NCBI GenBank assembly: GCA_043800255.1
Contig: JAZDNF010000001.1
Location: 96,001 to 160,000 of the forward strand
DNA: 64,000 nt
From: Candidatus Altiarchaeota archaeon
GTDB lineage: Archaea; Altiarchaeota; Altiarchaeia; IMC4; SCGC-AAA252-I15
Direction: 5' to 3'
Numbering within the stretch: the stretch's first letter is position 1; each line of letters opens with the position of its first letter. This document shows, in pieces, positions 1 through 10,167 of the stretch. Made by a program: the position numbers and the translations under genes. The notes under the pieces are model-generated. The model had not been told where the DNA came from and searched no databases. It was given only the letters and a program-made list of their open reading frames with translations.

Positions 1-1148
1 ACTATAATGCCCTTACGGGTTAGTTTGTCTATCTCCTCGCTGTATGGCTGCGGGTTGCTGGAATATATCATAAGGATGATTGCCTTAGGATATCGTCTAT
101 GAAGTTCTTTAGTTAGCTCTATGCCGTTCATTCCTCCCTCCAGTTCTATATCCGATAGTATTACGTCCGGAGGCTTCTCACCAGTATTCACCTTATCCTC
201 TATGACTTTTAGTGCTCGTTCTCCACTAGCATAATAACCTTTGCACTCACTCTTCCTTGTTATCGAATCCTCAGGCAAATCAATTTCTAATGGCGCATAC
301 CTCTTCAGTCCTCTGCAGTGATTTAATCCATCTGCCCAAGTAGTATGGAAGGGATTGTCTTCAACAAGCATGAACGAGGCTTCCTTGACAAGTGGAGGTA
401 TTCTGGTCCCAGAAAAGATTCCCAGACTCATTTTAGCTGCAGAAGACATCAGATCTATCGTTGGTTTGAGTTTGAATGCATGACCAGGGTCTGTGTAAAA
501 TCTTGACTTCCTGCCGTTAGCCTTCGCAGCCCGGGATTCACTATCATAATCATCAGATACTATTGGCACATATCTGTCCGTATCTGCCTGAGCTATCTGG
601 GCTGCATGTCCGAGGAATCCAACAGAGAAAATCCTGTTCTCCGGCTTTTCCATGAGATTCATAAGATTTTCATGGGTCTGATGCATATCCACCCAGACTT
701 TTGCATCTGGACGCTCTTGCATAATTTGCTTGCGCAGGTTTTCGTCTTTCACAAACCTTGACCAAGCGGAACCACTTATATACGACAAAAATAAGCCCTT
801 GACTCCCTTTTCGTTCTCACCTTTAGCAATTGTGGATTCGTCAATTCTCTGCGCCAGATACAAATCAAGAACGGGTCTTCTCAGGATATCGCCAACATTA
901 TCGGCCAACAGAAATATCAAGTCCTCTCGCGTAAACTCAACTTTCGCCAAGTCGCTAAGATTCTTCTTATTGCCAAAAAAATTCCACAGGATACGAAAAG
1001 TCGCGATATTCTCATCCCGTTGATTCTTTGGCAGGGCCACTAGTTGATCAATAACCGGCTTAAACAACTGTCCAAATTTAGTTGACGCGGTAAATTCCAT
1101 CAAAGGAGGGAATTCCCCAGGCGATTCTGTAATCTGCTTAGTGACCAT
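1..1148 (-). CDS. Protein with unknown N-terminal region and C-terminal response-regulator receiver (CheY-like) domain; runs off the window edge
   Basis: Manual translation from ATG at 1148 is open to position 1 (MVTKQITESPGEF...). It contains FMLVEDN, PDVILSDIELEGGMNGIEL and IILMIYSS, which match receiver-domain motifs. Not in the ORF track because it is truncated. Confidence 0.75.
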   Translation of the reverse strand, partial: MVTKQITESPGEFPPLMEFTASTKFGQLFKPVIDQLVALPKNQRDENIATFRILWNFFGNKKNLSDLAKVEFTREDLIFLLADNVGDILRRPVLDLYLAQRIDESTIAKGENEKGVKGLFLSYISGSAWSRFVKDENLRKQIMQERPDAKVWVDMHQTHENLMNLMEKPENRIFSVGFLGHAAQIAQADTDRYVPIVSDDYDSESRAAKANGRKSRFYTDPGHAFKLKPTIDLMSSAAKMSLGIFSGTRIPPLVKEASFMLVEDNPFHTTWADGLNHCRGLKRYAPLEIDLPEDSITRKSECKGYYASGERALKVIEDKVNTGEKPPDVILSDIELEGGMNGIELTKELHRRYPKAIILMIYSSNPQPYSEEIDKLTRKGII

Positions 1149-1327
1149 CCTTATTTTTTACTACTTACGCATACTGGGGCTGCTTTTCCATCAGCTCAGG
1201 CAACCCGTTATTGTGGTTATCTTGAGCGCTCTTCGGTATAAATTATCCTTACGCGTTATCAGACTAAATATCCGGACGCTATGGCCCACGTTGCGGATTT
1301 CTTTTCGTATTGTCTATAGTATTAGTG

Positions 1328-1654
1328 ATGGCTCTGAAGGAGAAGGGGGAGGTGATGGATGCCGGGCTTTTGCCGAAATCTAAGACACTGCAGAAGATAC
1401 CTCAGAATCCTCTAAGGTTTTATCTCATATCTGCTGGAAACACGAAGGATTTCGGGGAAATAGAAGATAGCTTGAACAGTGAAATAGAAAATGCTGTGAC
1501 GGCGGGGAAGAGGGTCGTCTACATGGAGGATGTGCACGAGTTCCCGATGCTGGAACATACTAAAAAGCCGATGTTGGGGCGGATTGTGGGTTCGCCAAGG
1601 CAGAGGAAAAAATTCAAGAACATAAACAGTCTGTTTCCGAGGGGTCTAAGCTGA
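1328..1654 (+). CDS. Hypothetical protein, possibly the 5' part of a frameshifted gene
   Basis: ORF MALKEKGEV...; ends just where the reading frame of the 1848 ORF opens (1650). Confidence 0.4.
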   Translation: MALKEKGEVMDAGLLPKSKTLQKIPQNPLRFYLISAGNTKDFGEIEDSLNSEIENAVTAGKRVVYMEDVHEFPMLEHTKKPMLGRIVGSPRQRKKFKNINSLFPRGLS

Positions 1655-1847
1655 TGCCCCGCACTGCAGAATTCTCGGCAGTGATTGCGGAGGATTACTT
1701 CCAACGGAGAAAAAAGGGCAATATGGTGAAAAATTTGAGGTTGCGTCTGGTCTGCCAGAATATGGGCAGAGTATAAAATACAATGAGGCGTTCTCACTCA
1801 GAGAGAAGGCGTTAAAGGCAGCGCAGAAGGGGAATGCAGAGGATTAT

Positions 1848-2381
1848 GTGGATGGCATGAGAGAATACAGCGGGAAGATGCTGCAATACTTGAGTGACAG
1901 GTACAAGCATCAGGAGCGTCGGATTAGGGAGCTGATGAGAAAAAATCCGGACGCTGTGTTGTTGACGGTAATACCGAACGCCCACCTGCCGTTCTACACC
2001 CTCATGAAGAATGCTGGATACAATGTCGGAGACCGTCCTGGATTCTACAGTCCAGTCGTGGAACTGTTCAATGCTGATGAATACCTGATGAGGCAGGCTA
2101 TGGGCGAGAAGATCCCAGAAAAAGACGAGCGTATGGGCTACCTGAGAGACTTCATATCTAACATGGTTTACGGGCATTTGATGTCCCAGCAGGGCGAGCC
2201 TGCCTTCGCGTCATCCACTAGGAAGACGGAACTGAACGCGAGGAAGATGACGGACCGGCTGTCAGACGAGGATGTTCTAGTTTATTGGACCAAAGATCAA
2301 TACATAAAACACTACAGCACGCCGAAATTCACACACGAGTGGGTGCAGGAGAGGTTAGACCGGAAGAAGAATGTTAACTAA
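1848..2381 (+). CDS. Hypothetical protein, possibly the 3' part of a frameshifted gene
   Basis: 177 aa ORF with protein-like composition; its frame is open upstream to 1650 without an ATG; overlaps the hisF start. Confidence 0.5.
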   Translation: MDGMREYSGKMLQYLSDRYKHQERRIRELMRKNPDAVLLTVIPNAHLPFYTLMKNAGYNVGDRPGFYSPVVELFNADEYLMRQAMGEKIPEKDERMGYLRDFISNMVYGHLMSQQGEPAFASSTRKTELNARKMTDRLSDEDVLVYWTKDQYIKHYSTPKFTHEWVQERLDRKKNVN

Positions 2382-3147
2382 GCGGATTATCCCCTGTCTC
2401 GACTGTGACTTAAGCGTGCCGGAAGGCAGGGTGGTGAAGGGGATAAAGTTCGAGCAGATTAAGCATGCTGGGGAGCCTGCTGAACTGGCGGAAAAGTACT
2501 ACAAAGACGGCGCGGATGAAATAATCTTTTTGGACATCACCGCTTCCCATGAGAGGAGAGCTACCATGATGCATGTGATAGAGAAGACTGCTGAGAGGGT
2601 GTTCATACCATTAACCATCGGAGGTGGGATAAAGTCAACAGACGATATCAAGAGAATACTGCGGGCCGGAGCCGACAAGATAACAATAAACACCGCGGCA
2701 ATAAAGAACCCGAAGCTTGTGACAGACGGCTCAAGGAAATTCGGAAACCAGTGCATGGTAGTCGCAATAGACTCCAAGAGGACCGGGAAGACAAAATCAG
2801 GGCACGAGTGTTACATCTACGGCGGCAGGGAGCCTACAGGAGTCGACACCCTCGAGTGGGCTGAAAAGTCCGAAAAACTGGGAGCCGGTGAGATCATGCT
2901 CACCTCCATGGACAAAGACGGGACGAAGGAGGGATTCGACCTGGAGCTGACAAAATTGGTGTCCGAGGCGGTTAACATCCCCGTGATAGCCTCAGGCGGA
3001 GTCGGAAAACCGGAGCACATACTAGAGGCTTTCACAAAAGGAAAGGCCGATGCAGCCCTCGCGGCGTCAATATTCCACTATGGAGAATACACGGTAACAG
3101 ACGTGAAAAAGTTTCTGAAGGAGAGGGGAGTGCCTGTCAGGCTCTAA
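2371..3147 (+). CDS. hisF: Imidazole glycerol phosphate synthase subunit HisF
   Basis: [55 protein letters not shown]. Confidence 0.97.
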   Translation: MLTKRIIPCLDCDLSVPEGRVVKGIKFEQIKHAGEPAELAEKYYKDGADEIIFLDITASHERRATMMHVIEKTAERVFIPLTIGGGIKSTDDIKRILRAGADKITINTAAIKNPKLVTDGSRKFGNQCMVVAIDSKRTGKTKSGHECYIYGGREPTGVDTLEWAEKSEKLGAGEIMLTSMDKDGTKEGFDLELTKLVSEAVNIPVIASGGVGKPEHILEAFTKGKADAALAASIFHYGEYTVTDVKKFLKERGVPVRL

Positions 3148-3148
3148 T

Positions 3149-4846
3149 CTAGTCGACGATGTTCTCTATCATCTCGTGGAGGCTTCCGCCCGGTTTGACG
3201 ATGGGCATGATATTCTCATCCCTGTCGGTCTGTACGTCGATAATGCAGGGCATTCCCGACTTTATCGCGGACTTCAGGGCTGGCTGGATATCCCCAGGTT
3301 TTTCGACCCTGATGCCCTTGGCGTTGAAGGCTTCCGCGAATTTCACGAAATCCGGGACCTCACCAAGGTATGTGTGGGACCTCCTCCCATTGTAGAACAG
3401 GTCCTGCCACTGTCTGACCATGCCCAAGTATCTGTTGTTCAAGAGGAGCACGATTACTGGTATCCTCTCTACGACGCAGGTTGCTAGGTCCTGGCATGTC
3501 ATAAGGAACGACCCCTCGCTTGCGACGTCTATGACAGTGTAGTCTGGTTTGGCGACTTTCGCGCCTATTGCGAACGGGAAGCCGGCGCCCATGGTGCCCA
3601 ATCCGCCGGAGGATATGAACGTCCTGGGATGCTTCATGTTCAGATAGTGGGCGGCGAACATCTGATTGGTCCCAACCTCGGTCGTTATGATTGTCTTCTT
3701 GTCTATCAGCTTGTTCAGCTCCTTCATAACCCTCTGGGGCTTGATGGGAACGTCATCATAGTCATAGCATATTGCGAACTCTTTCTTGAACTTCTTTATC
3801 CTGTTATGCCATTCGGTGTTCCCCTTCCTCTTGAGTTTGCCGACGATGTCATGGACGCTCTTCAGGACCAGCTTAGCGTCGCCGACGATTGGAACATCGA
3901 CGTCAACGTTCTTCCCAATCTCTGACGGGTCGATGTCGGAGTGTATTATCTTCGCCTTCGGGACGAAGTAGCCGACGTTGCTGGCCACTCTGTCGTCCAT
4001 CCGCATTCCGATTGCGAATAGAACGTCGCAGTCGTGGAGCAGCATGTTTGCATACTTCCTGCCGTGCATTCCCACCATACCCAGTGCAAGCGGATGGTCC
4101 TCCGGGAAGCATCCCTTGCCCATCAGGGTAGTCGCGACCGGGATGCCAAGGGATGCGGCAAGCTTGTACAATTCGGCGCTCGCATTCGAGATGATGACGC
4201 CTCCGCCTGCGAGTATCATCGGCCGCTCGGCATTCATCAGAAGTTTTGCAGCCTCCTTGATCTGCCTCGGATGGCCTCCGGAGACTATGACCTTATAGCC
4301 TGGCAGGTCGACGTCCTTGGGATATGAGAATTTGTCTGTGAGGCTCCTTTGCTGGATATCCTTGGGCAAATCGACCAGGACAGGTCCCTGCCTCCTCGTG
4401 GTCGCTATCTTGAACGCTGTTTTGATGGTTCTCGGAATGTCGTCTGGGTTGGTAATCTGGAAATTATCTTTTGTTATCGGCATCGTGATTCCGATGATGT
4501 CAGCCTCTTGGAACGCGTCGTTTCCTATCAGATGGCTGGCAACCTGCCCGGTCAACGCGATAACCGGGGTTGAATCCATATACGCGTTCGCAATGCCTGT
4601 TACAAGATTCGTCGCGCCCGGGCCTGAAGTCGCTATACAGACTCCCGGCTTCCCGCTGACTCTAGCATAACCTTCGGCAGCGTGGGCTGCGCACTGCTCA
4701 TGGCGCATTAGAATATGCCGTAAAGTGCTCTCCGGAGTGTCATAGAGCACATCGTAGACTTCCATGATGGATCCGCCCAGTATCCCGAACATGTGCTTGA
4801 CTCCTTCAGCCTTCAGGCACTCTATTACCGCTTGGGAACCTTTCAT
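3149..4846 (-). CDS. ilvB: Acetolactate synthase large subunit
   Basis: RHEQCAAHAAEGYAR, TSGPGATN, DAFQEAD, SSGGLGTMG, NNRYLGMVRQWQ. Confidence 0.96.
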   Translation of the reverse strand: MKGSQAVIECLKAEGVKHMFGILGGSIMEVYDVLYDTPESTLRHILMRHEQCAAHAAEGYARVSGKPGVCIATSGPGATNLVTGIANAYMDSTPVIALTGQVASHLIGNDAFQEADIIGITMPITKDNFQITNPDDIPRTIKTAFKIATTRRQGPVLVDLPKDIQQRSLTDKFSYPKDVDLPGYKVIVSGGHPRQIKEAAKLLMNAERPMILAGGGVIISNASAELYKLAASLGIPVATTLMGKGCFPEDHPLALGMVGMHGRKYANMLLHDCDVLFAIGMRMDDRVASNVGYFVPKAKIIHSDIDPSEIGKNVDVDVPIVGDAKLVLKSVHDIVGKLKRKGNTEWHNRIKKFKKEFAICYDYDDVPIKPQRVMKELNKLIDKKTIITTEVGTNQMFAAHYLNMKHPRTFISSGGLGTMGAGFPFAIGAKVAKPDYTVIDVASEGSFLMTCQDLATCVVERIPVIVLLLNNRYLGMVRQWQDLFYNGRRSHTYLGEVPDFVKFAEAFNAKGIRVEKPGDIQPALKSAIKSGMPCIIDVQTDRDENIMPIVKPGGSLHEMIENIVD

Positions 4847-4895
4847 CTTTATCTGACAAAAATCTATAATAAATTAAATCCCCGCCTTAAATAGA

Positions 4896-6011
4896 ATGGA
4901 AGATACGTCCAAGTACGCTCTCATGGGTTTGGAGGATTTCGAGAAAGTCCTGTCTGATATGCTTTCTGGGATGGGTTATACGATAAGTTCGATACGTCTT
5001 GAAGGTGATATGATAACCATAAGGGCTAAAACGACAGGCAAGATACTCAAGAAAGCCGTATTCGAAGTCCACCGGACGAGGAAGGTGTCCAAGCATGATG
5101 TCTCCAGTCTCTTGAAGAGGGTTGAGGCAGAGGGATACGATAGTCTTCATGTAATCTCACTCGACGGCTTTCAGAAGGGCGTTAGGTCATACTGTGGGCG
5201 TAAGTCGGTTGAGGCGATGGACGGCAGCCGGTTCCTGAGATTGATAAAAAAAGAGGCTCCCGATTCTGCAGGCAGGGAAAGGCACATACTCTACACACTA
5301 AGCTTCGGACGGGGAATACCGCCTGAGGAGGCTGAAAAACATTTCAAAAAAATCCTGAGGAAGGGCCCGCTGGGTTTTGGAGCAAAGGAGCGGATTATGG
5401 GCGTTGAATGCCGCTACACCCCTCTTGGCAGGTTCAAGATTACCGAGGCTAAGGCTGACATCCTAGCTGACCGGGCTGATGATTTTTACGTTGACCTTAA
5501 CTCCGGACTCCTATATTATGTGACGTTCGGCCTGCACAGGAACAAGATAAGAGTAAGGTCATCGGACGTGCTGGCCAAACTTCTGAAGCTGCCGATGGAA
5601 TGCTCTAACCTTCTGGGCTTCGTTTTCGAGAGGGAGATAACGAATTTCCACGACATTGTCAGCGTAGAGCGCGATGTCGTTAACGAGCATATCCTGATGC
5701 TGAGGGAGATGGATCTCATAGAGGTGACTTCAGACCCTAATCCCCAGATCCTATCCACCCTTAACATTCCGCGCCCAGCGAACATCAGATACGACCTCGG
5801 CCATCACCTGAGGATACTGGAGTCGCAGGATACCTCTTGCGAGGCTGACAGGATAATATACGATACTGATCTCATTGCCGGCGTTTTAGGCTCTTTTTTC
5901 AGGATGCCCTTCGAATTCAAGGATGTAGTGTACTTCCCCTACTATGTATGCATCATCGGAGACGAACGCGGGGTAACGCGGCGTGAGACTCTCCTCGCAG
6001 CCTCTCCCTAG
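4896..6011 (+). CDS. Mrr-like restriction-endonuclease-fold protein (degenerate), paralog A
   Basis: N-terminal EDFEKVLSDMLSGMGY...VISLDGF...MDG resembles Mrr_cat; C-terminal part is similar to the 6161 protein. Confidence 0.6.
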   Translation: MEDTSKYALMGLEDFEKVLSDMLSGMGYTISSIRLEGDMITIRAKTTGKILKKAVFEVHRTRKVSKHDVSSLLKRVEAEGYDSLHVISLDGFQKGVRSYCGRKSVEAMDGSRFLRLIKKEAPDSAGRERHILYTLSFGRGIPPEEAEKHFKKILRKGPLGFGAKERIMGVECRYTPLGRFKITEAKADILADRADDFYVDLNSGLLYYVTFGLHRNKIRVRSSDVLAKLLKLPMECSNLLGFVFEREITNFHDIVSVERDVVNEHILMLREMDLIEVTSDPNPQILSTLNIPRPANIRYDLGHHLRILESQDTSCEADRIIYDTDLIAGVLGSFFRMPFEFKDVVYFPYYVCIIGDERGVTRRETLLAASP

Positions 6012-6031
6012 CCGTTGGACGTGATTTATAG

Positions 6032-6133
6032 CGAATTGCATAAATAATTGAACATTTAGCTTTATGCAATTCGATATATGCAATTGCATATGCCGATTAA
6101 GAAAAGTTAAAAAACATATGTAATTGCCTATAT
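6032..6133. promoter_or_regulatory. Cluster of palindromic TATGCAATTGCATA-like sites (putative operator array)
   Basis: 13-bp inverted repeat CGAATTGCATAAA (6032-6044) / TTTATGCAATTCG (6061-6073); perfect 16-bp palindrome ATATGCAATTGCATAT (6076-6091); degenerate copy ATATGTAATTGCCTAT near 6116-6131. Confidence 0.55.
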
Positions 6134-6160
6134 TTACATAATCTGCTCAAATCATAACAT

Positions 6161-7585
6161 ATGATAGACCGGCTCCCAGACATCCTGGAGGTTGACGCAT
6201 TCGACTTCGAGAAGCTGATAGAGAAATTCATCAACAAGATGGGCTTCAAGGTCGAGTCCAGCAAGAGGTCTCCTGACGGCGACATCCACCTTCTGGCGAA
6301 GACCACAAACCCCATGGGCGGCGAGGTGACCTCACTGATAAGGGCAGGAGCCTACGACAGGAAGGTCGACGTTGACACGATAAAGGACCTCTATGATGAC
6401 ATGATAAGCCACTCTGCCGTCAGGGCAGCGTATATAACGACGTCCGACTTCACACCAGAGGCTAAAGACTTCGCGCGGGGCAAGCCGATGAGCCTGATAA
6501 ACAAGTACGAATTCATAGAGGCACTTGACAGGGAGGGCATCAAGATAGACCCTGAGATGTTCAACCTTCTTGAGGCGCACGGGCTCACAGAGAAGAGGTT
6601 CAGGGAAGAGAAAGTTTTTTTCGAGTTTTCCAAAAGCACCCCGGAGGTTGCCGAATACTTCGCCAAGCGCAGGAAAAAGAAAAAATTGGGGCTTTTTGGA
6701 GTGGAGGATGATGTCAGCACCATAGTGAAACGCTACGCGCCAATCGGCATCTTCCGCGTCGCCTGGTCGAAGGAGGCTTCAGCGGAGGCAAGATCCATTG
6801 CCGAGACCCAGTCTGAGGATAATATTTTCGTGAACCTTCATAACGCAAAGTTATACTACATAACGAGGAGCAGGAGACTGTCCTCTGGGGAGGTATTTGA
6901 AAGGTCGAATGTTCTGGCAGAGATACTGGACCTTCCTGAGGAGGCGAGGGCGCATCTCCTTTACCTGATAAGGTATGGCGACCTGCCTCACAAGCAGCTT
7001 GAGGACAAGAACCTTTCAATCCTTGAGAAGAGGAAAATAATACGAATCTATGCGGCTGGGTCAAATGTTCAGGGCGTTGGGCCCTTAAGGAGCATGATAG
7101 ACGTTCTTGTTTACGTGATGCGCGAGCTATCGGACTTTCTAGTGCTCTTCATCCACGGCATTACCGGCAGTACGCCTTCAACCCCTGAGAGGGAGCTTGC
7201 GACGAGAGAGGGCGAAGAAGAGGAGAAGCTGGTTGGCGCGACTGTTGTGATGCCTCACACGTACGGCGGTCAGTATGACATCCTGAAATATCTTGCCACT
7301 GAGAATGGGCATGACACGAAATTCGAAGAAGACAATGTCGTCTACCCCTCAAAGTCTGTTGCAGACCTGCTTGCCGTGATACTTGACGCTGACGTCGAGC
7401 CCAAGGGTGTGGTCTTCATGCCCTACACTGTCGGGTCGTACAGGGACAAATCAACAGGCAAGATAACCCGGCGCGATATTCTCGTATCCCCTAAGTTCTT
7501 ATCGCACAAGAAGGCGGAGGGCAAGAAAGTCCAAATGCAGGCGGAGAGGAGGGAGTTTGGAATCCCCTACAAGATTATCAGATAA
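6161..7585 (+). CDS. Mrr-like restriction-endonuclease-fold protein (degenerate), paralog B
   Basis: FDFEKLIEKFINKMGFKV...DGDIHLLA...AAYITTSDFTPEAKDFA...LINKYEF follows the Mrr_cat pattern. Confidence 0.7.
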   Translation: MIDRLPDILEVDAFDFEKLIEKFINKMGFKVESSKRSPDGDIHLLAKTTNPMGGEVTSLIRAGAYDRKVDVDTIKDLYDDMISHSAVRAAYITTSDFTPEAKDFARGKPMSLINKYEFIEALDREGIKIDPEMFNLLEAHGLTEKRFREEKVFFEFSKSTPEVAEYFAKRRKKKKLGLFGVEDDVSTIVKRYAPIGIFRVAWSKEASAEARSIAETQSEDNIFVNLHNAKLYYITRSRRLSSGEVFERSNVLAEILDLPEEARAHLLYLIRYGDLPHKQLEDKNLSILEKRKIIRIYAAGSNVQGVGPLRSMIDVLVYVMRELSDFLVLFIHGITGSTPSTPERELATREGEEEEKLVGATVVMPHTYGGQYDILKYLATENGHDTKFEEDNVVYPSKSVADLLAVILDADVEPKGVVFMPYTVGSYRDKSTGKITRRDILVSPKFLSHKKAEGKKVQMQAERREFGIPYKIIR

Positions 7586-8041
7586 TCACTTGAGGCACTC
7601 GAGCACTTCCTTATGCACGCCGTGGTCGTATTTTATGACGTCATGGGCTGCGTAGACTTCCATCGGATGCCCGTTCAACTTGGTCAGAAAACTCTCAAGG
7701 CCGTTCACGGCATTGTTTGACACGATGGCCTTTATCACAACCTTCCCGTCCAATGTCCTGAAAACCTTCTTGGCTTCGTCGAACTTTGAAATGTCTTCTG
7801 CGACCCTCTTGGATTCTGACGGGGGCGGGCTTACTATGATTATGCCCATCTGCCCGCAGTTTTCGTGGGCGTGGACTATTGCTGAAAACTTTTTAATCAC
7901 GCCCTTCTTCTTAAGCCTCTCAACCCGTGTGAATACTGTCGTATGCGGCACGCTAAGCCTTCTTCCAAGCTCTCTGAAGCTCAGCCGCCCGTTATCCTGC
8001 AGGTGCTCCAGTATATCAAGGTCTAGGTTGTCTATTTTCAA
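7586..8041 (-). CDS. Lrp/AsnC family transcriptional regulator
   Basis: IDNLDLDILEHLQDNGRLSFRELGRRLSVPHTTVFTRVERLKKKGVIK helix-turn-helix. Confidence 0.92.
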   Translation of the reverse strand: MKIDNLDLDILEHLQDNGRLSFRELGRRLSVPHTTVFTRVERLKKKGVIKKFSAIVHAHENCGQMGIIIVSPPPSESKRVAEDISKFDEAKKVFRTLDGKVVIKAIVSNNAVNGLESFLTKLNGHPMEVYAAHDVIKYDHGVHKEVLECLK

Positions 8042-8101
8042 GATATAATACTATGACCGCCATCGCATATAAATCAGTTTAAATTGTCTGGATATTAATA
8101 C

Positions 8102-9712
8102 ATGAGTGCCAAAATGAGAGTCAGGAACTTAAACATTCTCCTTCTTTTGTCAATCCTAGCCTATCTTCTGTTCAGACTGCCTGATTTGGGAGTTATGCCC
8201 TACTGGGACTGGGATGAGGGCGTCAACATGAACATGGCCTACAATGTGGCATACGGCAGGCCCCTCTGGTTCACCCTCATATTTCCATTCGTGCCTCATC
8301 CTCCATTGTACCTGCTTTCTCTCGGCCTGATGCTCCGCCTTTTTGGGAATGAGCTCATAGTCTTGCGCATCTTCTCAGTCTTGCTCGGCCTTTTCACGCT
8401 TTCTTTTGTCTACCTCACAGGCAGGGAACTGAAGGGGCCGTCTTTTGGCGTTCTCGCATCAGCATTGTATGCCCTCTACCCTATGGCCATATACTGGGAT
8501 AGGATGGGATTCGCAAACAACATGTTCTCGCTCCTCATAGTAGCCTCCCTGTATTCCATCCTAAGGTACCTGCGCACAGGCCAGACCCGGTTCCTATATT
8601 GTTCTGCATTGCTTGCCGGCCTGAGCCCTGTAACGCAGTACATCGGGGCCTCAACCGTCTTATCTTTTGCAATTGCCCTCTACCTTGCGAAGAGAATAAG
8701 ACTTAAGCCTATCCTGTTCAGTCTGCTGCCATTTTTCGCGCTGGTGTCCGCAATGCTCATCCTCATGAGGGCTCCGTTCATCGAGGATGTCAGGTTTCAG
8801 ATTGACAGGTTCAACCTGGCAGGATTCCTGATGCTTGTGGCGGCAGTTCTGCTGGCATACGTCGGATTACATCTCCTGAAGCCGTTGAAACGGATTATCA
8901 GCGATGCTTTCTGGAATGCGTACGCCCGTCTAGGCCTCAGCAGGGAGTTTCTTGCCGAATACGATGTGCCTATCCTCCTGATATCGGTGAACTTCGTGAT
9001 GGCGTTGGACGCGTTCCATGTCCTATCGTACCAGTACCTCTTCACAGGGCTTGGATACTACTGGGTTGGCATAGTCGGGTTGTTCCTGTTCGAGAGGGGG
9101 ATTCCGAGAGCCGTTCTCCTGTCCTATTTTATCCCGCTTTTCCTGCTGATTTTCAAGATTGGCCGCACAGACCATATGACCATTCCCTTGAACCCTTTTT
9201 TTGCCATTGGCTTTGCAGCTCTTCTGATGCGGCTTACGAGCGTAATACGCCAGCTGACTTCCAACCGGAAGGTTATAGCAGGGTTTACGGTTCTCCTGGT
9301 TCTGCCATTCGCCTCAATCTTCCTACGGGACGTTCAGGCGTTTGTGCTTACCGGGCTGAAAACCGAAAGTCTGACCGAGCGGTTCGAATTAGCATCCTAC
9401 CTGGATAATAATACCGCTCCTGGGGAATATGTGCTGGTTGACAGTCACGAGGGCAGGTTCATAAAAGCCAACTACTCTATTGTGACGCAGTCTATTGCTG
9501 TTAACGGCAGGCAGATAGGCTATTACCGGGGTGACTATGAGCCTGGCAGGTTCGTAGTCAATTTCTCATACCAGGGGGCTAAATATATCGTCTTGGAGGA
9601 GGGTGGCATTGAGTGGCTGAGCGGGAACGTTTCTGACATAGCTTCTGAGATTTCCGAGTGGGGGGTTGAGGCTGAGTTCGGCAGGTTTCAGGTCTTAAGG
9701 AACCCAAAATAG
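8102..9712 (+). CDS. GT-C fold glycosyltransferase (GT39/PMT_2/ArnT-like)
   Basis: Multi-TM protein with WDWDEG and PHPPLY loop motifs, LRIFS, and a C-terminal soluble domain. Confidence 0.82.
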   Translation: MSAKMRVRNLNILLLLSILAYLLFRLPDLGVMPYWDWDEGVNMNMAYNVAYGRPLWFTLIFPFVPHPPLYLLSLGLMLRLFGNELIVLRIFSVLLGLFTLSFVYLTGRELKGPSFGVLASALYALYPMAIYWDRMGFANNMFSLLIVASLYSILRYLRTGQTRFLYCSALLAGLSPVTQYIGASTVLSFAIALYLAKRIRLKPILFSLLPFFALVSAMLILMRAPFIEDVRFQIDRFNLAGFLMLVAAVLLAYVGLHLLKPLKRIISDAFWNAYARLGLSREFLAEYDVPILLISVNFVMALDAFHVLSYQYLFTGLGYYWVGIVGLFLFERGIPRAVLLSYFIPLFLLIFKIGRTDHMTIPLNPFFAIGFAALLMRLTSVIRQLTSNRKVIAGFTVLLVLPFASIFLRDVQAFVLTGLKTESLTERFELASYLDNNTAPGEYVLVDSHEGRFIKANYSIVTQSIAVNGRQIGYYRGDYEPGRFVVNFSYQGAKYIVLEEGGIEWLSGNVSDIASEISEWGVEAEFGRFQVLRNPK

Positions 9713-9831
9713 GCTATTGTGAACATTAGACTGCATTTTTGCGAAAAATAATGAACATCTTTCATTTATATACCCTAGTTGTGCTATACTATACAGTATT
9801 TATTATTTTAAAAAAAATGGGAGGTGTCAAC

Positions 9832-10161
9832 GTGAACACAAAACATCTGGGTTTGGTTGCGGCGTTAGTCGTGCTAATGGCGAGTCTAGCCAGTGCACAG
9901 CTCGGATCTGCGCAGACAACTATCTGTAATATATTACAACAAGTATACACTTTACTGTTGTATATAGCGTCTGGTGTCGGTGCGGTGATGATAGTACTTA
10001 TGGGTGTGCTCTGGGTATCGTCCGCAGACAGCGCTAAGTCCAGAAATTCGGCAAAGAACGGTGTGGTCCATGCAATAATTGGATTAATCATCGTTTCACT
10101 GGCCATAGCACTTGTGACTATGGTTCTGCCAGAAGGTTCTGACTGCATTACCACATGGTAA
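9832..10161 (+). CDS. TrbC/VirB2-like pilin (solitary copy, candidate major pilin)
   Basis: GTG start 6 nt after a GGAGGTG Shine-Dalgarno; signal peptide ending ASA-Q; two hydrophobic helices around GVLWVSSADSAKSRNSAK..HAIIGLII. Confidence 0.8.
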   Translation: MNTKHLGLVAALVVLMASLASAQLGSAQTTICNILQQVYTLLLYIASGVGAVMIVLMGVLWVSSADSAKSRNSAKNGVVHAIIGLIIVSLAIALVTMVLPEGSDCITTW

Positions 10162-10167
10162 ACATAA

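Noticed and set aside
3159-4670. Many antisense or alternative-frame ORFs inside real genes, here and throughout the window
   Set aside because: Shadow ORFs of well-supported genes with no protein motifs.
4896-7585. Functional restriction-modification system
   Set aside because: No methyltransferase is present and the catalytic motifs look degenerate; reported instead as a pseudo-nuclease pair.
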